Position numbers and translations under genes: made by a program. Below, one piece after another: positions 18,723 through 28,827 of a stretch of DNA of 58,443 bases. Positions within the stretch are counted from its first letter, which is position 1. Every line of letters begins with the position of its first letter. This DNA comes from an uncultured Lachnospiraceae bacterium (lineage in GTDB: Bacteria; Bacillota; Clostridia; Lachnospirales; Lachnospiraceae): contig CAJTMZ010000007.1 in NCBI GenBank assembly GCA_910577445.1, forward strand, positions 1 to 58,443, given 5' to 3'. Below the pieces are notes generated by a model, which did no database searches, was not told where the DNA came from, and saw only the letters and a list, made by a program, of their open reading frames with translations.

Positions 18723-19080
18723 AGAGGGCTATGCCGCCATTGATATTATCCGTTACTATTACGGCAGCGACATGTACATCAACACGGCCACCAGTATTTC
18801 GGGAGTCCCCTCGTCCTGGCCCGGCTATGATTTGACGATTGGCTCATCGGGAGAAAAGGTGAGGCAGATGCAGCAGCAGTTAAACCGGATTGCCAGAAAT
18901 TATCCCGCCATTCCGACGATAACGGCGGACGGTATTTTCGGACCGGCCACGGCAAACGCGGTGAAGGCTTTCCAGAGGATTTTCAATCTGCCTGCCAACG
19001 GAATCGTGGATTTTCCCACCTGGTACAGCATTTCCAACATTTATGTGGGGGTCAGCAGGATTTCCGAGCCGGGAACTTAA
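18723..19080 (+). CDS. sleC: 3' part of the interrupted sleC-like gene (end of catalytic domain plus peptidoglycan-binding domain)
   Basis: EGYAAIDIIRYYYG, then LTIGSSGEKVRQMQQQL...ADGIFGPATANAVKAFQRIFNL...GIVDFPTW (PG_binding_1 pattern); same frame as 9589. Confidence 0.88.
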
Positions 19081-19237
19081 AAATAATTAATGACACAAAG
19101 CCGTCCATTCGCTATAATGAAGAATAAACAGATTGTTTGAAAAATACAAAAGATAGCTTTTCTGTGAAGCAAGGGTCTTTTGTGGTCTATGCACCGGGGG
19201 ATATGGGTGCAAAAATGCTTTAGAACGGAGGATTCCC

Positions 19238-20899
19238 ATGAAAAAAAAGAATAAGATAATGCTTACAGTGATGGCGGCGGCAATCGGAGTGCTGGCGGCA
19301 GTCGGCGGCAGAGACAGCGCTCTTTATGCGGAGGCGGCGGGGCGGCCGGTATCCATTGATTCCTGCCTGATTTCGGACGAGGACGTGGTATGTGAAATCA
19401 GTACGTCCAGCGTTCCGTCAAGCGACGACGGAAAGTTTTACGTCTATGCGGACGACGTGCAGCTTGACGGAACCACAGGAAGCATTGTCGCTAAGGTGGA
19501 CGCGGGAAAAAGCGTTTCCGCAAGCTTTCCGCTGAATTATAACACGGCGGATTCCAACTTAAGCCGCAAGTTTTTGGTCGCGGTGAAGAGAAACGGGGAG
19601 ATGGTGCAGGTAAGCGACGAGCATTATATCACCAACCCGGAAGCCATCGCCGCCTACTCTTCCACAAGAATGGACGGTGCCATCAAAGGGCTTTTGCCGG
19701 ATATCTCAAAGGTTACCGGCGAGGAGCTTAATGAGCTTGGGATTCACCAGATGGTTTATAACATGGATATCGACGATATCTGTTCGGACGAGTCGGTTCC
19801 CGGAACCATTGCCTTTCCCTATAACGGCCAGACCTGGTATTTTAACGGGGAGCGGCTTGCGGAATACGATTCCACCATCAGTACGTTAAATAAATACGGA
19901 ATCCAAATCACTATGGTTCTCTTAAACGGGGGACAAAATCCTTACGCCCAGGATTTAATCCATCCTCTGGCAGCAGACGGGGAGAACTGCCCCGGCTATG
20001 CGCTGAATGTGGAGGAGGAAGCCGGAGTCAACCACTTAAAGGCGATAGGCGCTTTTCTGGGGCAGCATTATTCGGGACAGACCGGCTGCGGACAGGTGGA
20101 CAACTGGATTATCGGAAACGAAGTGAACGCCCGCACCTCATGGTGGTATACCAATTCCACTTCCATGGATTTGAATGTCAATATTTATGTGAAGGCATTC
20201 CGCATCCTTTATAATGAAATGAAGAGTATGAACGCCAGCGTAAGAATATATAATTCCATCGACCAGGAGTGGAACCGCAAGTCCAATCCCGGAAGCTTTC
20301 TGGCAAAGGAGTATCTGGACCAGTTTAACTACTATATGAACAGGGAAGGGAATATTGACTGGGGACTTTCCTACCATCCTTACAATTCGCCCCTCTATGA
20401 CCCTTATGCCTGGAACGGGCCGGCGGTATGGGTGAAGGACAGCATCACCACGCCTTACATCACCATGCAGAATATTGATATTTTAATCGACTATATGCAT
20501 CAGGACAAGTTTTTAAATCCGGCGGGCGAGGTGAGAAGCATTTCCCTTGCGGAAATCGGCTATACTTCCGCTTTCGGGGACGAAAAGCAGGAAGCGTCAA
20601 TTGCCTATGGTTATCTGAAAGCGGCTTCCCTTCCTGATGTGGATGCCTTTATGCTGTTCCGTCAGACCGACGAAGCCTTTGAGATGGAAAGCCATCTGGC
20701 CCTTGGGCTGTACGATTTGGAGGGCAACAAAAAGCCTTCCTATGAAATGTATAAGAAGCTGGGGACGGAAAACGAAGCCGAGGCGAAGGCGCGGGCTTCG
20801 GAAATCATTGGCATGGACATTGATGAAATGATTCGCGATAACATCGTGTGGACGAGGGAAGGCAACGGCGTCGTAGCGGCTGTGGCCCCTGAGGAATAA
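19238..20899 (+). CDS. Secreted glycoside-hydrolase-like protein (DUF5722-like)
   Basis: Signal peptide; NWIIGNEVN and ISLAEIGY resemble clan GH-A acid/base and nucleophile motifs; LSYHPY. Confidence 0.7.
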   Translation: MKKKNKIMLTVMAAAIGVLAAVGGRDSALYAEAAGRPVSIDSCLISDEDVVCEISTSSVPSSDDGKFYVYADDVQLDGTTGSIVAKVDAGKSVSASFPLNYNTADSNLSRKFLVAVKRNGEMVQVSDEHYITNPEAIAAYSSTRMDGAIKGLLPDISKVTGEELNELGIHQMVYNMDIDDICSDESVPGTIAFPYNGQTWYFNGERLAEYDSTISTLNKYGIQITMVLLNGGQNPYAQDLIHPLAADGENCPGYALNVEEEAGVNHLKAIGAFLGQHYSGQTGCGQVDNWIIGNEVNARTSWWYTNSTSMDLNVNIYVKAFRILYNEMKSMNASVRIYNSIDQEWNRKSNPGSFLAKEYLDQFNYYMNREGNIDWGLSYHPYNSPLYDPYAWNGPAVWVKDSITTPYITMQNIDILIDYMHQDKFLNPAGEVRSISLAEIGYTSAFGDEKQEASIAYGYLKAASLPDVDAFMLFRQTDEAFEMESHLALGLYDLEGNKKPSYEMYKKLGTENEAEAKARASEIIGMDIDEMIRDNIVWTREGNGVVAAVAPEE

Positions 20900-20959
20900 A
20901 AAGGGTCCGGCGGGCAGAAGCCAAAGACCATGCTTTTTGCGTGAAAGAGGAAGAGAAAA

Positions 20960-22732
20960 ATGGAGAATCAGGAAAAAAAGCAGTATGTCAAATGGATAGC
21001 GGTGTCTGTGCTGCTTGCACTGGCGGCAGCCGGCCTTGTATTTGGGGTCAGAAAATTAAGCGGGCGGCCGCCGGAGCAGTTTGACGCTTTTCTGAACGAT
21101 TGTTTCATGGAGGAAGTGACGGAAAACACCATTAACCTTCATTATATCCTGGCGTATCCTGAAAACTTCGGAATTACCGGCTATGAGGTTACGCTGGGGG
21201 ATTTTTCTCCTGATGACGACGCGCTTTATGAAGAACTTGAAAAGCTGAAAAAGGAGATAACCTCTTTTGATAAGGCAAAACTGACGAGACAGCAGCAAAT
21301 CGTTTATGACATTATGCTTGACTATGTGGAGACGGAGCTCTCCGCAAGGGAGTTTTCACTGTACGAAGAGATTCTTAGTCCGACGACGGGTTTCCAGGCC
21401 CAGCTTCCCGTCGTGCTTGCCGAGTATACTTTCCGCACAAGGCGGGACATAGAGGACTATCTGGAGCTGATTTCCCAGATAGACGACGCTTTTGAGGAGA
21501 TTGTGGATTTTGAAAGGAAGAAGGCTAAAGCCGGGCTTTTCATGTCCGACGATGTGGCCGACGCAATTATCGAACAGTGCGCCGAATTTATCAGGGAACC
21601 GGAAGAAAACTATATGATAGAGGTGTTTGACGACAAGATTGCCTCTTTTGAAGGGCTTTCCGGGCAGGAAAAGGAAGAATACCGGAAAAGAAACCATGAT
21701 GTCATCACCACGGAGGTGACGGAGGGCTATCAGACCTTGATTGACGGCCTTACGGAGCTTAAGGGAAGCGGCGTCAATGAGCTGGGGCTTTTCTATTATG
21801 AGAACGGAAAAGAATATTATGAATATCTGGTTCGGACGGCCACGGGCTCCGATTTGTCCGTGAAAAAGCTGCAGAAGAGTACGGAAAAATTTCTGGAAAA
21901 TTTTCTCTTTGAATTGCAGATGAAAATCATTGAGAATCCTTCGCTTTATTATGAGCTGACGGAGTATGAGTATCCGGTTACGGAGCCGGAGGAGATTACG
22001 GAGGACTTAAAGAGCAAAACGGGAGAATACTTTCCGGAGCCGCCTAAGGTGAACTACCGGATAAAGCGAGTCCATCCGTCCATGGAGGAGCATTTAAGCC
22101 CGGCCTTTTATCTGACGACTCCCGTTGACGATTTGGAAAACAACGTGATTTATATCAACGGAAAGTATGTGGATAACGGGCAGAATGAGCTTTACCCGAC
22201 CCTTGCCCATGAGGGGTATCCGGGACATTTGTATCAGAATGTCTATACAGGCTCTTGCGAACTGCCGCTTATCCGCAACCTTTTTTCCTATCCGGGTTAT
22301 TCGGAGGGGTGGGCCACTTATGTGGAGTTTGAGTATTCCGGCCTTCTTGCGGGAATGGAGGAAGATGTCGCAAAACTGACCGGAGGCGAGAGCGCGTGGG
22401 CGCTGGCAATGTCCGCTTATATTGACATGGCGGTTCACTATGACGGATGGACGAAAGAGGACGTGTCAGAGTTCCTTATGGGCTACGGAATCGGCGACGC
22501 GGGCACGGTGGACGAAATTTTTGATTTGATAGTGCAGGAACCGGCCAATTACCTCAGTTATTTTATCGGATATCTGGAGATTCTGAATCTGAGGGAAGCG
22601 GCGCAAAAGGAGCTGGGGGACGACTTTCATGTGAAGGAGTTCCACGAGTTTTTGCTGCAGACCGGACCGGCGCCTTTCTACATTATTGAGGATTATATGG
22701 AAGAGTGGATGGAGGAGAGGGCGGCTTCGTAA
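20960..22732 (+). CDS. DUF885-family membrane-anchored protein
   Basis: N-terminal TM; TLAHEGYPGHLYQ, YSEGWATYVE, YLSYFIG, FHEFLL.TGP. Confidence 0.85.
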   Translation: MENQEKKQYVKWIAVSVLLALAAAGLVFGVRKLSGRPPEQFDAFLNDCFMEEVTENTINLHYILAYPENFGITGYEVTLGDFSPDDDALYEELEKLKKEITSFDKAKLTRQQQIVYDIMLDYVETELSAREFSLYEEILSPTTGFQAQLPVVLAEYTFRTRRDIEDYLELISQIDDAFEEIVDFERKKAKAGLFMSDDVADAIIEQCAEFIREPEENYMIEVFDDKIASFEGLSGQEKEEYRKRNHDVITTEVTEGYQTLIDGLTELKGSGVNELGLFYYENGKEYYEYLVRTATGSDLSVKKLQKSTEKFLENFLFELQMKIIENPSLYYELTEYEYPVTEPEEITEDLKSKTGEYFPEPPKVNYRIKRVHPSMEEHLSPAFYLTTPVDDLENNVIYINGKYVDNGQNELYPTLAHEGYPGHLYQNVYTGSCELPLIRNLFSYPGYSEGWATYVEFEYSGLLAGMEEDVAKLTGGESAWALAMSAYIDMAVHYDGWTKEDVSEFLMGYGIGDAGTVDEIFDLIVQEPANYLSYFIGYLEILNLREAAQKELGDDFHVKEFHEFLLQTGPAPFYIIEDYMEEWMEERAAS

Positions 22733-22799
22733 TCTGAGAGCGAATCCGCCTTTTGCCAGAGGATGAACCTGCGAACCTCTGAAAAACTCATTTTCCCGG

Positions 22800-22828
22800 T
22801 TGAACAGGCTACCCTCCTATGCTATAAT
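22800..22828 (+). promoter_or_regulatory. SigA-type promoter of carAB
   Basis: TTGAAC, 17-bp spacer, TGcTATAAT (extended -10). Confidence 0.65.
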
Positions 22829-22874
22829 GAACCGATTACGCAAAGAAGAAGGAAAGAAAGGGAGCAGGGACTAC

Positions 22875-23972
22875 ATGAAAGCATTTTTAATTCTGGAAGA
22901 CGGCACGGTTTTTACAGGAACGCACATAGGCGCCGACAGGGAAGTTATCAGTGAAATTGTCTTTAATACTTCCATGGCGGGATATCTTGAGGTTTTGACG
23001 GACCCCTCTTATGCGGGACAGGCAGTCTGCATGACTTATCCCCTGATTGGAAATTACGGCGTGTGCAGGGAAGATATGGAGTCGAAAAAAGCGTGGCCCG
23101 ACGGATTTATCGTGAGGGAACTGTCGCGCATGGCAAGTAATTTCCGAAAAGAGATAACGATTCAGGAATTTCTGGCCGAGCAGGACATTCCGGGCATTGC
23201 GGGTATCGACACCCGGGCACTTACCAAAATTCTTCGTGAAAAAGGCACTATGAACGGTATGATTACTACCGATGAAAATTACAATCTTGCCTTGATTCTT
23301 CCCCAGTTAAAGCAGTACACCACCGGAAAAGTGGTTGAAAAAGTAACCTGTTCCCACAAATACAATTTTGAAATAAAAGCGCAGTCCTTAAAGGAGCCGC
23401 TTTCACGGAAAGGGAAAAAGGTAGCCCTTCTTGATTTCGGCGCAAAGGATAATATTGCGTCCAGTCTTGTGCGGCGGGGATGCCAGGTTACCGTGTACCC
23501 GGCAAATACAAAGGCGGAGGAAATCATCGCGGATAAGCCGGACGGCATTATGTTAAGCAACGGCCCCGGCGACCCGAAGGAATGTACGGAAATCATTGCG
23601 GAAATCAAAAAGCTTTACGACAGTAATATTCCCATCTTTGCAATCTGCCTGGGGCACCAGCTTATGGCCCTTGCCACAGGGGCGGATACCTTTAAGATGA
23701 AATACGGACACCGGGGAGGCAATCATCCGGTGAAGGACTTAAAGAGCGGACGGGTTTATATTTCATCCCAGAACCACGGCTATGTGGTGGATACCGAAAA
23801 ACTTGACCCCGGCGTTGCGGTTCCGGCTTTTATCAATGTAAACGACGGCACCAACGAAGGGCTTTCCTATACCGGAAAGAACATTTTTACTGTCCAGTTT
23901 CACCCGGAGGCTTCTCCGGGCCCCCACGATTCGGGGTATCTGTTTGACAGATTTATTGAGATGATGCGCTAA
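22875..23972 (+). CDS. carA: Carbamoyl-phosphate synthase small subunit
   Basis: EIVFNTSMAGY, LSNGPGDP, AICLGHQ, QFHPEASPGPHD. Confidence 0.97.
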   Translation: MKAFLILEDGTVFTGTHIGADREVISEIVFNTSMAGYLEVLTDPSYAGQAVCMTYPLIGNYGVCREDMESKKAWPDGFIVRELSRMASNFRKEITIQEFLAEQDIPGIAGIDTRALTKILREKGTMNGMITTDENYNLALILPQLKQYTTGKVVEKVTCSHKYNFEIKAQSLKEPLSRKGKKVALLDFGAKDNIASSLVRRGCQVTVYPANTKAEEIIADKPDGIMLSNGPGDPKECTEIIAEIKKLYDSNIPIFAICLGHQLMALATGADTFKMKYGHRGGNHPVKDLKSGRVYISSQNHGYVVDTEKLDPGVAVPAFINVNDGTNEGLSYTGKNIFTVQFHPEASPGPHDSGYLFDRFIEMMR

Positions 23973-24008
23973 AATATATTTGCGGGACTTAAAACAGGAG
24001 AGGAAAAG

Positions 24009-27000
24009 ATGCCTAAAAATCCAAATGTGAAAAGAGTAATGGTGATTGGCTCCGGTCCGATAGTAATCGGGCAGGCCGCGGAATTCGACTACGCCGGAAC
24101 ACAGGCATGCCGTTCTTTAAAGGAGGAGGGCGTGGAGGTTATTCTGGTAAATTCCAACCCGGCCACGATTATGACGGACAAGAATATTGCGGACAAGGTT
24201 TATATAGAACCCCTCACCGCAAGAGTTCTGGAGCAGATTATAGAAAAGGAAAAGCCCGACAGCATTCTTCCCACACTCGGGGGACAGGCGGGCCTTAATC
24301 TCGGAATGGAGCTGGAGGAGTCGGGATTTCTTGCCGCCCACAATGTAAAGCTTTTGGGAACCACGGCGGCTACCATCAAAAAGGCGGAGGACAGACAGGA
24401 ATTTAAGGATACCATGGAAAAAATCGGGGAGCCCTGCGCCGCGTCAACGGTGGTGGAAACGGTGGCAGAGGGGGTGGCTTTCACCAGGACCATAGGCTAT
24501 CCCGTGGTGCTTCGCCCGGCCTATACATTAGGAGGTTCCGGCGGCGGAATCGCCCATAACCAGGCGGAACTTGAGAGTATCCTTGAGAACGGGCTTCGTC
24601 TTTCCAGAGTGGGGCAGGTTCTGGTGGAACGCTGCATCGCGGGCTGGAAGGAAATCGAGTATGAAGTGATGCGGGATAGCGCGGGCAACTGTATTACCGT
24701 CTGCAACATGGAAAATATCGACCCGGTGGGAGTTCATACCGGAGACAGCATTGTGGTGGCGCCCTCCCAGACGCTGGGGGACAAGGAATACCAGATGCTG
24801 CGTTCCTCCGCCCTTAATATTATCGACGAGCTTCAGATTACCGGCGGGTGCAACGTGCAGTTCGCTCTTCATCCTGAGAGCTTTGAATACTGCGTGATTG
24901 AGGTGAACCCCCGTGTCAGCCGTTCTTCCGCGCTGGCAAGCAAGGCTACGGGATACCCCATTGCCAAGGTGGCGGCCAAGATTGCCCTTGGCTATACCCT
25001 GGACGAAATCAAAAACGCGATAACGGGCAAGACCTTTGCCAGCTTTGAGCCCACGCTGGACTACGTGGTGGTAAAGCTGCCAAGACTGCCTTTTGACAAA
25101 TTTATCACCGCAAAAAGAACGCTGACCACCCAGATGAAAGCCACCGGCGAGGTTATGAGTATCTGCGACAACTTCGAGGGCGCGCTGATGAAAGCAATCC
25201 GCTCTCTTGAACAGCACGTGGACTGTCTCCTTGACTATGATTTTAGCGCGCTTTCCGCAGAGGAACTGAAAGAACGGTTAAAGAAGGTGGACGACCAGCG
25301 GATTTACGTGATAGCAGAGGCGCTCCGCAAGGGAATCGGCTACGATGAAATCCATCAGATTACCATGATTGACAACTGGTTCATTGATAAAATCGCAATT
25401 CTGGTGGAAATGGAGCAGGCGCTTAGGGAAAATCCTCTTACGCCTGAACTTTTGCGGGAGGCAAAGCGGATTGAATTCCCCGACAATGTGATTGCAAGAC
25501 TTACCGGCAAGACAGAGGAAGAAATTAAAAAGATGCGCTACGATAACGGCATCGTGGCGGCTTATAAGATGGTGGACACCTGCGCGGCGGAATTTGAAGC
25601 GTGCACCCCTTATTACTATTCCGTATATGGAAGCGAGAACGAGGCAGCGCTCACGACACCGCCGAAAAAGGTGCTGGTTTTAGGTTCCGGCCCAATCAGA
25701 ATCGGACAGGGAATCGAGTTCGATTACTGCTCCGTCCACGCCACCTGGGCTTTTGCAAAGGCGGGCTACGAGACGATTATCGTCAACAACAACCCGGAAA
25801 CGGTCAGCACGGACTTTGACATTGCCGACAAGCTTTACTTTGAACCGCTGACGCCGGAGGACGTGGAGAGCATTGTCCGTCTGGAAAAACCGGACGGGGC
25901 GGTGGTGCAGTTCGGCGGACAGACGGCCATCAAGCTGACGGAAAGCCTGATGAAAATGGGCGTGCCGATTCTCGGAACAAAGGCGGAGGATGTGGACGCC
26001 GCCGAGGACAGGGAACTGTTTGACAAAATTCTGGAGGAAACGGGAATCCCGCGGGCGGCCGGAGACACCGTTTATACGGCGGAGGAGGCAAAGGAAGTGG
26101 CAAACCGGCTGGGCTATCCCGTGCTTGTGCGTCCTTCCTACGTGCTGGGCGGCCAGGGAATGCAGATTGCCATCTGCGACGAGGAGATTGAGGAGTTTAT
26201 GAACATCATCAACCGAATCGCCCAGGACCACCCCATTCTGGTAGACAAATATCTGCAGGGCAAGGAAATCGAGGTGGACGCGGTCTGCGACGGAAAGGAT
26301 ATTCTGATACCGGGTATTATGGAGCACATTGAGAGAACCGGCGTCCATTCCGGCGACAGTATTTCCGTTTATCCGGCCTTTACCATATCCGATACCGTGC
26401 GGGACAAAATCGCGGATTACACCGCGAGGCTTGCAAGGGCGCTTCACGTAAAGGGTCTGATTAACATTCAGTTTATTGCCATCGGCGAGGAGGTTTATGT
26501 CATCGAGGTCAATCCCCGTTCCTCCCGTACCGTTCCCTATATCAGCAAGGTTACCGGGATTCCCATTGTGGACCTTGCAGCCGAGGTGATTATGGGAAAA
26601 TCCATAAGAGAGCTTGGATATGAGCCGGGGCTTGCGCCGGCGGCGGACTATTTCGCCATTAAGATGCCGGTATTTTCCTTTGAAAAAATAAGGGGAGCGG
26701 AAATCAGTTTAGGCCCTGAAATGAAATCCACCGGCGAGTGCCTGGGGATAGCCAAAACCTTTAACGAGGCGCTGTACAAGGCTTTCCTGGGAGCGGGGAT
26801 TGATTTGCCGAAGCACCGGCAGATGATTATCACCGTCAAGGACGCGGATAAAGGCGAGGCGGTGGAAATCGGGCGCAGGTTTGAAAAACTCGGTTACACT
26901 ATCTACGCCACCAGAAGCACCGCGGCGGCTTTGCAGGAGGCCGGGGTAAAAGCAAGGAAAGTAAACAAGATTTCCCAGGAATCCCCTACCGTCATGGATT

Positions 27001-27203
27001 TGATTCTGGGACACAGAATCGATTTGGTAATCGATACCCCCACCCAGGGGAGGGACAAGTCAAGAGACGGCTTCTTAATCAGAAGAACGGCAATCGAGAC
27101 GGGAGTAAACTGCATCACGGCAATGGACACCGCAAGGGCCCTCGTCACCAGTCTGGAAAACGCCAGAGAGCAGTTTACGCTGATTGATATCGCTTCCATA
27201 TAA
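24009..27203 (+). CDS. carB: Carbamoyl-phosphate synthase large subunit
   Basis: GSGPIVIGQAAEFDYAG, duplicated ATP-grasp domains, EVNPRVSRSS, C-terminal MGS domain. Confidence 0.98.
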   Translation: MPKNPNVKRVMVIGSGPIVIGQAAEFDYAGTQACRSLKEEGVEVILVNSNPATIMTDKNIADKVYIEPLTARVLEQIIEKEKPDSILPTLGGQAGLNLGMELEESGFLAAHNVKLLGTTAATIKKAEDRQEFKDTMEKIGEPCAASTVVETVAEGVAFTRTIGYPVVLRPAYTLGGSGGGIAHNQAELESILENGLRLSRVGQVLVERCIAGWKEIEYEVMRDSAGNCITVCNMENIDPVGVHTGDSIVVAPSQTLGDKEYQMLRSSALNIIDELQITGGCNVQFALHPESFEYCVIEVNPRVSRSSALASKATGYPIAKVAAKIALGYTLDEIKNAITGKTFASFEPTLDYVVVKLPRLPFDKFITAKRTLTTQMKATGEVMSICDNFEGALMKAIRSLEQHVDCLLDYDFSALSAEELKERLKKVDDQRIYVIAEALRKGIGYDEIHQITMIDNWFIDKIAILVEMEQALRENPLTPELLREAKRIEFPDNVIARLTGKTEEEIKKMRYDNGIVAAYKMVDTCAAEFEACTPYYYSVYGSENEAALTTPPKKVLVLGSGPIRIGQGIEFDYCSVHATWAFAKAGYETIIVNNNPETVSTDFDIADKLYFEPLTPEDVESIVRLEKPDGAVVQFGGQTAIKLTESLMKMGVPILGTKAEDVDAAEDRELFDKILEETGIPRAAGDTVYTAEEAKEVANRLGYPVLVRPSYVLGGQGMQIAICDEEIEEFMNIINRIAQDHPILVDKYLQGKEIEVDAVCDGKDILIPGIMEHIERTGVHSGDSISVYPAFTISDTVRDKIADYTARLARALHVKGLINIQFIAIGEEVYVIEVNPRSSRTVPYISKVTGIPIVDLAAEVIMGKSIRELGYEPGLAPAADYFAIKMPVFSFEKIRGAEISLGPEMKSTGECLGIAKTFNEALYKAFLGAGIDLPKHRQMIITVKDADKGEAVEIGRRFEKLGYTIYATRSTAAALQEAGVKARKVNKISQESPTVMDLILGHRIDLVIDTPTQGRDKSRDGFLIRRTAIETGVNCITAMDTARALVTSLENAREQFTLIDIASI

Positions 27204-27344
27204 AAAGCAGGGTAATGGCGGCGGTGGTGTGAAAAAGCTGCCTGGGGCGGATACGGCGATACATGGCCGGGGATGCGGTATGTTTCTTTAAGGAAATATA
27301 CCGCATCCCTGACATTATTATGGAAAAAGGAAAAGAGGTGCGGT

Positions 27345-27851
27345 ATGGATTTACCGGCTAAAATGAATCTGAAAAACGCGGTGGAGCGGGTGCTCCATGT
27401 GCCGGGGAATTACGGCGGCGGCCAGTTGGAAATGACGCTTGTGGCCGACTGCCAGCAGCCGGAGGAATACCTAAAACAGACGGCCTTTGAGATTGCCGGG
27501 GCGCTGCGCTCCCACAGCGAGGTGTTCCGCAATGTGAGACTGAACCTTCTGCTCTGGAAGAGCGACGGGCGGATGGAAAACAGGGTGGTTCCGCTTTCTT
27601 TTCTGCAGATGGATAACTGCTTTGAAAATTATGAGGAACTGGATGAGGAAAAGACGTTCGAGGCGCTTGCGGGGAATTTGAAGCTCTTCCATGCAAGGTC
27701 GAAGCTGATTCTGGTTCTGGCAGGCGAAAAGGCGGTCGTAAAAGACAGGGAGGCGCTTCGCCGGAACATGTATCCTTTTCTCGGGAAAAAGAGCCTTTTT
27801 CTGCGGAAAGGAAGTCCAGAGGGGAAGTGGGTAAGAGGGGCCGAGCTGTGA
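27345..27851 (+). CDS. Hypothetical protein
   Basis: ORF with gaggtg RBS, lying between carB and the LysR gene. Confidence 0.65.
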   Translation: MDLPAKMNLKNAVERVLHVPGNYGGGQLEMTLVADCQQPEEYLKQTAFEIAGALRSHSEVFRNVRLNLLLWKSDGRMENRVVPLSFLQMDNCFENYEELDEEKTFEALAGNLKLFHARSKLILVLAGEKAVVKDREALRRNMYPFLGKKSLFLRKGSPEGKWVRGAEL

Positions 27852-27899
27852 TTTAGGCAGGGCAGGAAAGCGGCAGACCGATAGGAAAAGAGGAGCGCG

Positions 27900-28781
27900 A
27901 TGTCCGAAAATTTTGAATATTATAAAGTGTTTTATTATGCGGCCAGATTCGGGAGCCTGACAATGGCGGGGACGGAGCTGTCCATTTCCCAGCCGGCGGT
28001 GAGCCAGGCGCTTAAGCAGCTTGAAAGCGCACTTAAGGTCAAGCTGTTTGTGCGTTCCGCGAGAGGAATCCGCCTGACGCCGGAGGGGGAGATATTGTAC
28101 GGGCATGTGAAAGCCGGTTATGAACAGATTTTATTGGGAGAGAAAAAGCTTTCCTCCATGCTGCGGCTTGATTATGGCGAGCTGAGAATCGGGGCCAGCG
28201 ACATGACTTTAAAGTTTTATCTGCTTCCTCTTTTAGAGGAGTACCACGAAAAATTTCCCGGTATCAAGGTGACGGTCACCAATGCCCCCACACCGGAGAC
28301 GCTTGATTTGCTGCGGCAGGGGAAAATTGATTTCGGAGCCGTAAGCATGCCCTTTCAGGCGGGCGGGGAGCTTTTTGTGACACCTGTAAAGGAAATTGAG
28401 GACGTGTTTGTGGCGGGGCGGCGGTTCACCCAGTACAAAAACCATATGCTGGATTTGCAGGAGCTGGAAAGGCTGCCTGTTATTTCTCTGGAGGGAAAAA
28501 CCAGCACCAGAAGCTATCTGGACGGTTTTCTGGGAAAAAGCGGGATAAGGCTTTGCCCGGAGTTTGAGCTTGCAACAAGCGACATGATAGTGCAGTTTGC
28601 CCTGCGGGGGCTTGGAATCGGAAGCGTGGTAAAGGATTTTGCCGCCGAATATCTGGAGGACGGGAGACTGTTTGAGCTGCGCTTCAACAAGATTATTCCC
28701 AAAAGGCAGATATGCGTAGTGAGAAACGGCAGGACGCCGGTTTCGCGCGCTGCCGGGGAATTTTTAAGAACAGTAACATAG
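27900..28781 (+). CDS. LysR-family transcriptional regulator
   Basis: GSLTMAGTELSISQPAVSQALKQLE HTH, LTPEG, substrate-binding domain. Confidence 0.93.
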   Translation: MSENFEYYKVFYYAARFGSLTMAGTELSISQPAVSQALKQLESALKVKLFVRSARGIRLTPEGEILYGHVKAGYEQILLGEKKLSSMLRLDYGELRIGASDMTLKFYLLPLLEEYHEKFPGIKVTVTNAPTPETLDLLRQGKIDFGAVSMPFQAGGELFVTPVKEIEDVFVAGRRFTQYKNHMLDLQELERLPVISLEGKTSTRSYLDGFLGKSGIRLCPEFELATSDMIVQFALRGLGIGSVVKDFAAEYLEDGRLFELRFNKIIPKRQICVVRNGRTPVSRAAGEFLRTVT

Positions 28782-28827
28782 CAAAAGGAAAAGCACGAAA
28801 GCTGCCATGCATAAAGGCGGCGCGGAA

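Noticed and set aside
18553..19080. ORF-track 175-aa protein as a standalone peptidoglycan-binding gene
   Set aside because: Its first 55 codons are an alternative frame of recombinase 3 and the attR arm. SleC similarity starts only at the GGGGA core, and no clear RBS precedes the ATG at 18553 or 18709.
22733..22874. PyrR attenuator or ARG box upstream of stand-alone carAB
   Set aside because: The leader after the predicted promoter is short, with no terminator/antiterminator or clear operator.
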